Shown here: positions 19,075 to 28,097 of the stretch, piece after piece
How the letters are laid out: every line of letters begins with the position of its first letter
Numbering within the stretch: position 1 is the stretch's first letter
NCBI GenBank assembly: GCA_045601245.1
Contig: JAZRZH010000052.1
Span: 48,975-112,974 of the forward strand
DNA length: 64,000 nucleotides
Direction of reading: 5' to 3'
From: Bacteroidales bacterium
GTDB taxonomy: Bacteria > Bacteroidota > Bacteroidia > Bacteroidales > UBA932
The notes under the pieces: generated by a model
What the model saw: the letters and a program-made list of their open reading frames with translations, nothing else
Told to the model about the DNA's origin: nothing
Databases searched by the model: none
Translations under genes and position numbers: made by a program

Positions 19075-19139
19075 AATCTGTTTTGAAATAATTGATTTAA
19101 GATATGTAATAGAAAAATTGAATTGTTTCAAAACAGATT
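19075..19139. repeat. Perfect 14-bp inverted repeat AATCTGTTTTGAAA / TTTCAAAACAGATT with a 37-nt AT-rich spacer, in a divergent promoter region
   Basis: Arms at 19075-19088 and 19126-19139. The right arm ends 1 nt before the TAACTTTG -7 box of the M64 peptidase gene. Confidence 0.6.
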
Positions 19140-19140
19140 C

Positions 19141-19148
19141 TAACTTTG
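19141..19148 (+). promoter_or_regulatory. Candidate -7 promoter box TAACTTTG for the M64 peptidase gene
   Basis: Matches TAnnTTTG and lies 23 nt upstream of the ATG at 19172. Confidence 0.5.
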
Positions 19149-19171
19149 CATAAACATTGATTCCAAAAATT

Positions 19172-20518
19172 ATGAAACGACACACAACGGTGCTGCTGGC
19201 CGCGGCACTGGCAGTATTCACCGCCTGCAACGGGAAACCGGCCGCTGAGGCGCCCGCAACGGAAGGCAACGGCACCGCATCCTGCTCATTCACCGGCAAG
19301 GTGGATTATGACACTTATTTCACGGGGGAACGACTCCGCATCGACCTCGCCCTTGCGGGCAACGCCGACAGCCAATGCGCCTACCTCAACGGCCTCGCCC
19401 GCGAATCGCAGTGGACGGGCAATCCAGGGAACCTGATCGACCCGTTCGGATACGGCGACTACTACTTCGAGGCATTCTCCGGAGGGAACCTCATCTTCTC
19501 GAAGGGATTCTCCACCCTCTTCCAGGAATGGCGCACGACCGAAGAGGCCGCCAGAGTCAGCAAGACAATGTCCCAGACCATCTGGATGCCGTTCCCGAAG
19601 GACAGCATACATATAGTGATATACCGGAGGGAATTCAGCGACAACAGGCTCGAACCCCTCTTCGAATTTGACGTCGACCCTGCCGACAAGCTCATCCGCA
19701 CCGGCGCGGAGAATGATTTCGCAGTCGAGGAGATGCAGATCTCCGGCGACCCGGCGCACAAGGTGGACATCCTCTTCGTGGCCGAAGGATACACTGCCGC
19801 CGAGATGGACAAATACCGTGCTGACGCCCGCAAATTCGTCGACTACCTCTTCTCGATGGAGCCGTACTGCAACCGCCGCGAAGACTTCAACATCAGGCTC
19901 CTGCTCTCCGCATCGGCGGATTCCGGAGTCTCCATCCCGCAGGATGACAACTGGAAGCAGACGGTCTGCGGTTCGAACTTCTACACGTTCTACACGGACC
20001 GCTACCTCACGATCTCCAATCACACGCAACTGGCGTCCGTAGTATCCGGAGCGCCTTTCGACGCCCTCTTCATCATCGCCAACGGCTCCAAATACGGCGG
20101 AGGCGGGATCTTCAACTCCTACGCGATGGGAACGTCGGACAACAAACTCTCCAACGAAGTCTTCATCCACGAATTCGGCCACAGTTTCGCCGGCCTCGCG
20201 GACGAATATTTCGGCAAGGAGGTGGCATATGAGGACTTCTATAACCTCAAAACCGAGCCTTGGGAGCCGAACATCACCACGCTCGTCAATTTCGATGCGA
20301 AATGGAAGGATATGCTCTCCGATGACGCAGTCATCCCGACAACGCCCAACGACTCTACGATGACCGGAATCCTCGGCGTCTATGAAGGGGGCGGATATAT
20401 GGTCCACGGAGTCTACAGGCCATATGTCTACTGCCGTATGCGAAACAACACGTCAGACGGATTCTGTCCTGTCTGCCAGCGCGCAATCAACAAAATGACA
20501 GACTATTATGTACAGTAG
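19172..20518 (+). CDS. M64-family (IgA-peptidase-like) zinc metallopeptidase, lipoprotein
   Basis: The ORF-track start 19157 is a TTG. The ATG at 19172 gives MKRHTTVLLAAALAVFTACNG (lipobox). HEFGHSFAGLADEY is the M64 HExxH region. Confidence 0.8.
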   Translation: MKRHTTVLLAAALAVFTACNGKPAAEAPATEGNGTASCSFTGKVDYDTYFTGERLRIDLALAGNADSQCAYLNGLARESQWTGNPGNLIDPFGYGDYYFEAFSGGNLIFSKGFSTLFQEWRTTEEAARVSKTMSQTIWMPFPKDSIHIVIYRREFSDNRLEPLFEFDVDPADKLIRTGAENDFAVEEMQISGDPAHKVDILFVAEGYTAAEMDKYRADARKFVDYLFSMEPYCNRREDFNIRLLLSASADSGVSIPQDDNWKQTVCGSNFYTFYTDRYLTISNHTQLASVVSGAPFDALFIIANGSKYGGGGIFNSYAMGTSDNKLSNEVFIHEFGHSFAGLADEYFGKEVAYEDFYNLKTEPWEPNITTLVNFDAKWKDMLSDDAVIPTTPNDSTMTGILGVYEGGGYMVHGVYRPYVYCRMRNNTSDGFCPVCQRAINKMTDYYVQ

Positions 20519-21359
20519 TCCGATACTCCTGGACTTCTCCGACACCCTTACGGAAGAACGGCTCGCGGAACACCTCGCGGGCCGTTCCCCGATAGTGTGC
20601 GACTGCCGCGGCATCGAAGGCTGCGGCCGGTTCTGCGACGATGATGCCGCGGACAGCATCCGTTCAAGGATAGCGGAAATGCCGGCCGGAGCGCTGCATT
20701 GGATAGACAGCGGGGACTACCATTTCGTGACGCTCTTCTGGTGCGAAAAGATCCGGGAGCCATTTGACCTGGTGCTCTTCGACAACCACACCGACATGCA
20801 GGAGACCCGTTTCGAAGGGCTGCTATCCTGCGGCAGCTGGCTGCTGGAAATGCTGCGGCACAATGCATTTCTGCGCCACGCATACATCATCGGAGCATCA
20901 GAAGCGCTGCGGTGCGAGACGCTCGGATTCGCTGACCGCGTCACGATGGTCAGCGGCCGCGAGCCCTACGGGGTTCCTGAAACCGAAGTCCTGGCGATGC
21001 TGCGCGAGGCGGGACTGGAAGCGCCGGGCCGCTGCACGACTGCGCAGGCCTGCGGCAGTGAAGGACGGTCCGACGACGATTCCCGCAGGCTGCCGCTCTA
21101 CATCTCCGTGGACAAGGACGTCCTCTCCCCCGCCGACGCCGCGACCAACTGGGACCAGGGGACAATGCGGCTCGCGACGCTCTGCGGGATACTGCGGCAA
21201 CTGCGCGCCGGCCGCCGCATCATCGGTGCTGACATCTGCGGCGGAGCGCCCCTCAACGCCATTGCCGACTTCTCCGCGAACTGCTGCAGCCTCCGCCCCA
21301 TTCCCGCCGCCGAACTCAATCTGAAGGCCGATCTGGCGGTCATCAATGCCCTCTCCTAG
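20508..21359 (+). CDS. Divergent arginase/ureohydrolase-family protein
   Basis: 283 aa. LVLFDNHTDMQ matches the DxHxD Mn-binding motif and YISVDKDVLSP matches SxDxDxxxP. SGDYHF stands in place of GGDHS. It overlaps the M64 gene by 11 nt. Confidence 0.6.
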   Translation: MYSSPILLDFSDTLTEERLAEHLAGRSPIVCDCRGIEGCGRFCDDDAADSIRSRIAEMPAGALHWIDSGDYHFVTLFWCEKIREPFDLVLFDNHTDMQETRFEGLLSCGSWLLEMLRHNAFLRHAYIIGASEALRCETLGFADRVTMVSGREPYGVPETEVLAMLREAGLEAPGRCTTAQACGSEGRSDDDSRRLPLYISVDKDVLSPADAATNWDQGTMRLATLCGILRQLRAGRRIIGADICGGAPLNAIADFSANCCSLRPIPAAELNLKADLAVINALS

Positions 21360-21421
21360 CCTTTGGCACGATATTGGATATATCCAGTATCAAACGAACA
21401 AATCAACAGGAGGAAAGCATT

Positions 21422-22051
21422 ATGAAGAACATTTCAGCATCAGCTCTGATCATCGCAATCGCAATGATGGGCGCAGTTTCTTACAATGCAGCCGCCGACA
21501 ACCACGGTAGAGGTCCAGGCAACGGCCGCATCGAATCCAACCACGGCAACCGCAGCAACGGTCACCACAACGGAGGAGCAAATGCTTATCATCCCGGCGA
21601 CAAGCACGGCGCCCCGGCGCACAATCCGGGAATGGGTCGCGGCAACGCCCCTGCAGGCCACCACGGCGCAGTAGGACACAATCCGGGCCACAACTCCGGA
21701 CCGGCATCAATTCACCGTCCGGCACCGGCACCAAGGCACGATATCCACCGTCCGGCACCGAGACCGGCAGTGGTTCACCATCACGCCCCAAGACCTGTGG
21801 TATACCACAACTACCCGGCGAGATACTACAGGAGAGCAGCAAGGCGAGCAGCGGCTGCAATGGCAACCATAGCGGCAATAGAAGCCACAAGATACGCAAT
21901 CGGCGCAATAGTCTCGGCACTGCCTCCATACTACACCGAAGTGATCATCGACGGCATCCCATACTACCTCTCCGGCAACATTCTCTACAGGCCGATAGTA
22001 ATCAACGGAGCCCCTTGCTTCGAAGTAGTGGACAATAACTACATCTACTGA
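21422..22051 (+). CDS. Secreted His/Gly/Asn/Pro-rich protein with a Tyr-rich C-terminal domain (DUF6515-like)
   Basis: The ATG at 21422 gives the signal peptide MKNISASALIIAIAMMGAVSYNAAA. About 120 aa of low complexity rich in H, G, N and P (GHHNGG, GHHGAVGHNPGHN, repeated HRPAP). C-terminal YYTEVIIDGIPYYLSGNILYRP. Confidence 0.7.
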   Translation: MKNISASALIIAIAMMGAVSYNAAADNHGRGPGNGRIESNHGNRSNGHHNGGANAYHPGDKHGAPAHNPGMGRGNAPAGHHGAVGHNPGHNSGPASIHRPAPAPRHDIHRPAPRPAVVHHHAPRPVVYHNYPARYYRRAARRAAAAMATIAAIEATRYAIGAIVSALPPYYTEVIIDGIPYYLSGNILYRPIVINGAPCFEVVDNNYIY

Positions 22052-22074
22052 TCATCAGTATTTTCAAACAAAAT

Positions 22075-22104
22075 AAGAAAGGCTCCGAAACCGGAGCCTT
22101 TCTT
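22075..22104. terminator. Bidirectional rho-independent terminator
   Basis: Perfect 13-bp stem AAGAAAGGCTCCG / CGGAGCCTTTCTT with a 4-nt loop and T/A-rich flanks on both sides. It sits between convergent genes ending at 22051 and 22156. Confidence 0.8.
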
Positions 22105-22155
22105 ATTTGTCCATTATATGAATCAATCTGAATATACGGACTCTATCTCTAATGG

Positions 22156-22338
22156 TTAATCAAACGAAACATCCTGAAAATCATTACCTTCAGGACCTAT
22201 AGAAAAACCTGCGTCAAACTCTTCCACCTCAACGGTATTGACCTTGATTTTAACAGAAGTCACCGAACCCGTGAGTATAGAAGCCTCCGAAAAGATAGCA
22301 AGGCTCTCTATGCTCATATGCTTGTAAATTCTCTTCAT
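22156..22338 (-). CDS. Small acidic hypothetical protein (60 aa)
   Basis: ATG-initiated ORF lying 96 nt downstream of the DUF697-like gene and just upstream of the bidirectional terminator. No recognisable motif. Alternative start is M8 (MSIESLAIF). Confidence 0.4.
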   Translation of the reverse strand: MKRIYKHMSIESLAIFSEASILTGSVTSVKIKVNTVEVEEFDAGFSIGPEGNDFQDVSFD

Positions 22339-22434
22339 TATTGAACAAAAAAATCCAGTATTTCACTAAGGCAATGGATATTCGTGCAAAATTTGCAATA
22401 ATCTGCAACATTGCAATCAAAAATTATTATTTAA

Positions 22435-23472
22435 CTAAACGGTTTGATTGCTTACATCAGACTTTTCTTTATGCGTGAAGAGTTCAACAAGTTTACCTGC
22501 GACTCCTTTACCCAAAACAGAAGCCGAGCTGGAGACGATAGCAGGGAGTGTGGCATAGGCCTCCTTGGTGGCGGCTCGCTTGACGGCACGTCGGACCTGC
22601 TTGTCGGAGAGAGCCTTGGTACCCTTGAGAATATAGGACTTGGTGACATAGCCTATTCGGAGCGTAAGAAGAGCGTTTACAGCGCCGTCCATCGCTGAGC
22701 CGAGAATAACCTCCGGGATGCGCAACCGTCTGAAGGAATCGAGGAATTTGCCGTTTCCAGTATCCGCAACATCTCCCGCGACACTGCCGGAATCAAAAGT
22801 ATGGCCGATGTCATCAAGCGCATCCGATGCCATCAGGCTGATAAGAGACGTGGCAAGGACATTGGCATAGATACGAAACATCTGCGGACGCGTCGGACGG
22901 AAGCCGGACGAAAGAATTATATCTTCAATCATCTTATAATTCAGTGCAATCACGGACAGAGAGTCGAACTTGCTGTTCTGGGAGATAGCGGTGACCATAA
23001 AGACAGTGCGGGACCATTCGCGGATGCGTTTGTCTATGCCCACGACGCCAAGATCCTTGTCGCCCTTGACGCGGAGGGCAATCTCATCATTGATCAGCGC
23101 GCGCATCTGTGCAGCATCGCCGGAGGCGGCATGCAGACCGTCTGACAGCACTGCACGATGCTCCTTACGTACCGCCTCGTCGGGTAGATAACCGCAGTTA
23201 GCTGCAAGTTTGCGCCCCAGCTGTGACAACGCTACCGGATCAGTGGCATCATCAGTATTCATAGCGGGCATTTCCGGAGCAGCCCAGACCTTGATGATCG
23301 GGACAATGATAAAGACGATGAGCAGAAGGCCGATAATACCATAAAAGATATACTCCGCCACCGGCGTGGCCACTTCTCCGATCTTACCACCAATTTCGAC
23401 AATGCTGCCGAGGACAAGGATTGCGACAAGACCGAGAGTAACACAAAGAATGAGAATAATATTCTTTTTCAT
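22435..23472 (-). CDS. DUF697/YcjF-like membrane protein
   Basis: The ORF-track start 23550 overlaps the upstream gene. The ATG at 23472 gives MKKNIILILCVTLGLVAILVLG plus a second TM segment. VTAISQNSKFDSLSVIALNYKMIEDIILSSGFRP and DGAVNALLTLRIGYVTKSY resemble the DUF697 core. Confidence 0.5.
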   Translation of the reverse strand: MKKNIILILCVTLGLVAILVLGSIVEIGGKIGEVATPVAEYIFYGIIGLLLIVFIIVPIIKVWAAPEMPAMNTDDATDPVALSQLGRKLAANCGYLPDEAVRKEHRAVLSDGLHAASGDAAQMRALINDEIALRVKGDKDLGVVGIDKRIREWSRTVFMVTAISQNSKFDSLSVIALNYKMIEDIILSSGFRPTRPQMFRIYANVLATSLISLMASDALDDIGHTFDSGSVAGDVADTGNGKFLDSFRRLRIPEVILGSAMDGAVNALLTLRIGYVTKSYILKGTKALSDKQVRRAVKRAATKEAYATLPAIVSSSASVLGKGVAGKLVELFTHKEKSDVSNQTV

Positions 23473-23495
23473 AACAATATCAAATTCTTGCAATA

Positions 23496-25673
23496 TCAGA
23501 ACGGATAGCCGATACCGAAGTGTACAGAATAGCCATCCCTGGTGAACCACTTACGCGGAGCACACCAGGACTGAGTGAATGGATCGTATGTCTTGAAACC
23601 GGCATCCAGACGGACCAGCAGCAAGCCAAAATCGAGACGAAGGCCGAGTCCCCAATCAAATGCTGTTGTATTCAGAAAGTTATCCCAAGTAAAGACACCT
23701 TCATCAATATGATCAACATCAATATGGGTATACCAGACATTTCCGGCATCCGCGAATAGACCGCCATACAACTTCCAGAAGAGCGGGAAGCGGAACTCCA
23801 GATTAGCCTCGAGATGCATATCACCCGACTGGTTGGCGATGGCGAACGTCTTGTCCAACGGAGCGTTTCCAGGGCCCACCGAGCGTGCTTGCCATCCGCG
23901 GAGACTGTTGGCACCCCCGGCATAAAACAACTTTTCAAACGGCAGTGCGTACGAATTGCCGTATGCATATCCTGCACCTGCAAGAGCCCTGACTGCTATA
24001 GCAAACTGATTGAAATTACCGAAACGGAGCGTCTGCACAGCCTGGACCTCTCCCCTTACATACTGCGAATATGGCACGCCGAAAAGCAGATGAGAGCCCT
24101 GACCGTTGTTCTTAAGGACCCCGTCGAAGAGACTTAGCACGTTGCCGGCGACATCAAAGTTCATACGGGTATAGAAATATGTGCGCTTCGTGTTCACGGT
24201 CGGATCGGTCGTGAAATAAAAATTCGCCCCGCTGCCAAAGTCAAGGTGATCGTGGTATGCATTCCTCAGATAAGGGTCCATCAGGGATGAATAGAAGTCA
24301 TCGGAAATATTGTAGATGCGGACAAAATTCATTACAAGCGGATAAATCTGGTACATATACCTGCGGTTGACAGACCAGTTGTATCCATATCCTACTGACG
24401 TAATGTTTCGAGTATATTCAGGGCGGTCCTGATAATTGAAGAGCAGCGACACTTCGGTCTGCGGCACGGATGACTTGAAAAGTCTGGACGGCAGCGGCAC
24501 GAAGCGCGGGAAAACTATGGATGAATTGACTGCGAATTCATTGTTCCTTGCAGGGTCGTTGAACCGGAACTGGAAGTTGCCGCGAAAGCCAAGGGAGAAA
24601 ACCTCACCTCCGCCGAAAAGATTCTTGTGAGAATATGACACAGACGGAGTGACGCCGAAAAGCCCGGTTGAATTGACCGAACTTTCGAGATTAAGTTTGA
24701 GACTCTGCAGTTTGGATGTACCAAGAATAATGTTGCAGTCTACCAGAGCACTGTCGCGCTCCTGCAACTGCACATTGACGGAATTGAAGAGGCCGAGGCT
24801 GGAGAAACGGTTATAGGTATTGTCCACCAGCGCCTCGGCGTAAACCATTCCCGGCTTGATGCGGTTGATGTCCTCGAGGAAACTATTGCGGATCCCAAAC
24901 CGGCCGTTGTTGATGATATTGACATCCCCGAATCTATAGCGGAGATGGGGCTTTGCCGCAGCAGGGAGTTCGTTACGAGTATAATCCTCCACATTTACAG
25001 TAAGGTCGACAGTACCATCATTGGCCGATGTATCGGCTGAAAAGAAAAAGTAATTTTTGGTAAAGCCGAAATAACCGGCGTTTCGCAGCATCTTCGCCAT
25101 ACGCTCGGATTCATCCTCAAGCACCTGCTGGGACAGATACGCTCCACTGTGAATCGGGCTGTCTTCAGCCAAGCGGTCTATAAGCTTCCTGACTGTGGTA
25201 TCTTTGACGGAATATGACAGGGAATCTATAACAAACCGCTTACCTGGATTCACCACATAGGTCACTCTCGCTCTCTGGCCAGATGTCATAACATTGGCAT
25301 GAACCCTGGAACCATAATAACCGAGATACTCCATATGCGAACGGATACCGCTGTTGCTGCCATCGACCAGGTAAGGGTTGAACACTACCGGAGCCACGCC
25401 CAATTTCTCGACAAAACGGTCCCAGGCGGTACCGCGTCCGCTGCTCCAATTATATACATACAGGAATGGATTCCATTTTCCTATGAAATAAGGGTTCGGC
25501 TTCTGTTTAATGTAGGACTCAAGTTCTGACTCCTGTGGTCCGTCACCGTCTATGAGTACCTTATTTTCAACCAGACGACATTCTCCGTCCTGAAGGACCC
25601 TTGTCGTAGAGCAGGAAAACGCTGCCATCAGTATAGACAGAATTGACACCGTGAGCGTGAAAGACCTTCTCAT
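23496..25673 (-). CDS. BamA/TamA-family outer-membrane protein (surface antigen D15-like)
   Basis: 725 aa with a signal peptide and a POTRA-like N-terminal part. The C-terminal beta-barrel ends in the aromatic residue ...HFGIGYPF. Confidence 0.7.
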   Translation of the reverse strand: MRRSFTLTVSILSILMAAFSCSTTRVLQDGECRLVENKVLIDGDGPQESELESYIKQKPNPYFIGKWNPFLYVYNWSSGRGTAWDRFVEKLGVAPVVFNPYLVDGSNSGIRSHMEYLGYYGSRVHANVMTSGQRARVTYVVNPGKRFVIDSLSYSVKDTTVRKLIDRLAEDSPIHSGAYLSQQVLEDESERMAKMLRNAGYFGFTKNYFFFSADTSANDGTVDLTVNVEDYTRNELPAAAKPHLRYRFGDVNIINNGRFGIRNSFLEDINRIKPGMVYAEALVDNTYNRFSSLGLFNSVNVQLQERDSALVDCNIILGTSKLQSLKLNLESSVNSTGLFGVTPSVSYSHKNLFGGGEVFSLGFRGNFQFRFNDPARNNEFAVNSSIVFPRFVPLPSRLFKSSVPQTEVSLLFNYQDRPEYTRNITSVGYGYNWSVNRRYMYQIYPLVMNFVRIYNISDDFYSSLMDPYLRNAYHDHLDFGSGANFYFTTDPTVNTKRTYFYTRMNFDVAGNVLSLFDGVLKNNGQGSHLLFGVPYSQYVRGEVQAVQTLRFGNFNQFAIAVRALAGAGYAYGNSYALPFEKLFYAGGANSLRGWQARSVGPGNAPLDKTFAIANQSGDMHLEANLEFRFPLFWKLYGGLFADAGNVWYTHIDVDHIDEGVFTWDNFLNTTAFDWGLGLRLDFGLLLVRLDAGFKTYDPFTQSWCAPRKWFTRDGYSVHFGIGYPF

Positions 25674-26389
25674 CCGCGCACCCTCCTTCTGAATTCGCTG
25701 CAGACGATGGCAGTGGCGACGGCCACGTTAAGAGATTCGCTGCCTGTGCCGGATTCCGGATATGGCGGAATGAAAAGCTTTTGGCTGACGGCAGTGCGCA
25801 CCTCATCGGAGATTCCGAAGGATTCGGAACCCATCACGATGACGCCATCCGCGGTCAGTGGAGTAGCGTAGATATTGTCGCCCTCCAGGAATGTCCCATA
25901 AACTGGAACACCCGCCTTTCGCAGTCCGGAAAGAGTCTGCGGCAGGTCGCTGTATATGAAACGGACTCTGAATATGGCACCCATCGTGGCCTGAACGACC
26001 TTAGGGTTATAAATGTCAACAGTATCGTGGCTAGCAATAATGGTCCTGATGCCGAACCAGTCCGCAAGGCGGATGATAGTACCGACATTGCCCGGATCAC
26101 GAAGCGAATCCAACGCCAGGACGAGTTCGCCCGCAGATGGCGCAATGGCGTCCGGATTATCCGGGATTCTGACCAGGGCCAGAGCCGGCGAAGGAGATGA
26201 AAGACCTGATATCCTCGACATCGCATCCTCTCCAATCTCCGCAGTACGGAATACCTTCACCACTTCGAAGCCGGAAGACAGAGCCTCGGCCACCATCTTC
26301 TCCCCTTCAACGACAAACAACCCGCTCTCGTCGCGAAATTTCTTCTGCGACAAGGCTTTTATCTGCTTTATCTCATTCTTGGATATCAC
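25670..26389 (-). CDS. TrmH/SpoU-family RNA 2'-O-methyltransferase
   Basis: 239 aa with SPOUT motifs [30 protein letters not shown] and [23 protein letters not shown]. Confidence 0.8.
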   Translation of the reverse strand: MISKNEIKQIKALSQKKFRDESGLFVVEGEKMVAEALSSGFEVVKVFRTAEIGEDAMSRISGLSSPSPALALVRIPDNPDAIAPSAGELVLALDSLRDPGNVGTIIRLADWFGIRTIIASHDTVDIYNPKVVQATMGAIFRVRFIYSDLPQTLSGLRKAGVPVYGTFLEGDNIYATPLTADGVIVMGSESFGISDEVRTAVSQKLFIPPYPESGTGSESLNVAVATAIVCSEFRRRVRG

Positions 26390-26424
26390 GCCAATATATT
26401 TTACAGTGTAAAGATATAAATTAT

Positions 26425-26432
26425 TACATTTG
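26425..26432 (+). promoter_or_regulatory. Candidate -7 promoter box TACATTTG for pfkA
   Basis: Matches TAnnTTTG and lies 22 nt upstream of the ATG at 26455. Confidence 0.45.
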
Positions 26433-26454
26433 CATAATTAATCAGAGTGCACAA

Positions 26455-27435
26455 ATGAAGAAAATAAGCACAATCGGCGTCCTCACCTCAGGTGGCGACT
26501 CACCTGGAATGAATGCGGCGGTGCGCGCGGTCACCAGATCGGCCATCTGCTGCGGATGGAGGGTAATCGGAATATACCGAGGCTTCGAAGGCCTCATAAA
26601 CAACGAATGCGGAGAACTCACGACACAGAGCGTGAGCAATATCATACAGCGCGGCGGCACCATCCTCAAGACCGCACGCAGCAAGGACTTCATGACCAAA
26701 GAGGGTCGCAAGAAAGCATACCAGACGCTCAAGACATACGATATCGACGCTCTTATCATCATCGGCGGAAACGGATCACTCGCCGGAGCACAAGTATTTG
26801 CGGAAGAATACGACATCCCTTGTATCGGCATTCCAGGGACCATTGACAATGACATATACGGCACAGACGCCACCATCGGATACGATACGGCTCTCAACAC
26901 GATTGTTGAGGCAGTGGACAAGATCCGCGACACCGCCAGCTCGCACGACCGCATATTCTTTGTCGAGGTGATGGGCCGTGACGCGGGATTCCTAGCACAG
27001 AACAGCGCCATCGCAGCCGGCGCCGAAGCGGCGATAATCCCTGAAGAGACCACAACCATCGACCAGCTTGACCAGTTTATCAGCAGAGGAGTGCGCAAAA
27101 GCAAGAACAGCAGCATCGTAATCGTATCGGAGAGCCCGGCCAGCGGCGGCATAATGCAATATGCCGAGCGCATGCGCCAAGCATACCCTGACTACGATGT
27201 CCGCGTCACAATCCTAGGCTATCTGCAGCGCGGTGGCAAGCCGAGTGCATTAGACCGCATCCTCGCAAGCAGGCTCGGAGTAGCTTCCATCAATGCGCTC
27301 AACGAAGGCCAGCGCAATGTAATGGTGGGTATCGACAATGATGAAATTGTATACGTACCGTTCACCCGTGCAACCAAGATGAACAAACCTATCGCACAGG
27401 AACTCATCAACGTACTCGGAATTCTTTCAATCTAA
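26455..27435 (+). CDS. pfkA: ATP-dependent 6-phosphofructokinase
   Basis: The ORF-track start 26197 lies inside the divergent trmH-like gene. The ATG at 26455 gives [26 protein letters not shown]. Also [16 protein letters not shown] and LGYLQRGG. Confidence 0.92.
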   Translation: MKKISTIGVLTSGGDSPGMNAAVRAVTRSAICCGWRVIGIYRGFEGLINNECGELTTQSVSNIIQRGGTILKTARSKDFMTKEGRKKAYQTLKTYDIDALIIIGGNGSLAGAQVFAEEYDIPCIGIPGTIDNDIYGTDATIGYDTALNTIVEAVDKIRDTASSHDRIFFVEVMGRDAGFLAQNSAIAAGAEAAIIPEETTTIDQLDQFISRGVRKSKNSSIVIVSESPASGGIMQYAERMRQAYPDYDVRVTILGYLQRGGKPSALDRILASRLGVASINALNEGQRNVMVGIDNDEIVYVPFTRATKMNKPIAQELINVLGILSI

Positions 27436-27445
27436 TCCTCACAAT

Positions 27446-28066
27446 ATGATGAAGAAACTGATTTCAATCGCCATCCTGACCATCTGCACATCGCTCAGCA
27501 TCTGCGCCCAAAACAAAGAGGAAAGAGCAAATACCATCAAAGACCTGCGCAGACGCGCTCCCGAAGCTGCCTATATGTCACCTGAAATGATAGGGTCAAG
27601 GCAAAGCTGGCTGATGCCAAACCACAGCATCTCTGCAACGGTTGTCGGACTGGAATACGGCTACGAGCAACCTCTTGGAGAGATTGTTTCCATTATTGGC
27701 CGAGTAGGGTTCATGCCCAATACACTGAATATCGATTACAGCCACAAATGGTCCGAATGCGGCATTCATTTCACTTCGGCTCCTGGCCTGACACTTGAGC
27801 CACGCGTCTATACATCTTTCTACAAGAGAGCGCGCCAGGGCCGCAACATCTATATGAATTCCGGAGATTTCATCTCATTCAGATTCACGGCTGCAGTGGG
27901 GTTTGACGGCAAGGGCGATGTCAGCCTCACCCCGGTCTACGGCATCCGCCGTGTATTTCTGGCACACTGGTTCCACGAATTCACGGTAGGGCCAAGTTTC
28001 GGATACCTTTCAAAAGAGTTATATTTCACACCATATCTCCAGTACAGACTGGGCTTCGTTTTTTAA
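27446..28066 (+). CDS. Signal-peptide protein, probable small outer-membrane beta-barrel
   Basis: 206 aa with signal peptide MMKKLISIAILTICTSLSICAQ, alternating hydrophobic pattern and a C-terminal YRLGFVF. Confidence 0.6.
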   Translation: MMKKLISIAILTICTSLSICAQNKEERANTIKDLRRRAPEAAYMSPEMIGSRQSWLMPNHSISATVVGLEYGYEQPLGEIVSIIGRVGFMPNTLNIDYSHKWSECGIHFTSAPGLTLEPRVYTSFYKRARQGRNIYMNSGDFISFRFTAAVGFDGKGDVSLTPVYGIRRVFLAHWFHEFTVGPSFGYLSKELYFTPYLQYRLGFVF

Positions 28067-28097
28067 CTTCAAATTATTCTAAACTATCATCAAGTCA

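Noticed and set aside
21500-21800. Short direct repeats (for example CACCGTCCGGCACCG twice) that could suggest a tandem repeat or array.
   Set aside because: They lie inside an open reading frame and simply encode the repeated HRPAP low-complexity peptide. There is no spacer/repeat periodicity.
26197-26454. 5' extensions of ORF-track entries (26197-27435, 30697-32877, 22435-23550, 4740-5660, 21374-22051, 41082-42374, and the TTG/GTG starts at 19157, 36116, 46484, 48345, 53892, 53958 and 58991).
   Set aside because: The extensions overlap neighbouring genes, terminators or promoters. Downstream ATGs give canonical N-termini (signal peptides, Rossmann or P-loop starts) at 19-45 nt from TAnnTTTG boxes, so the shorter forms are reported.
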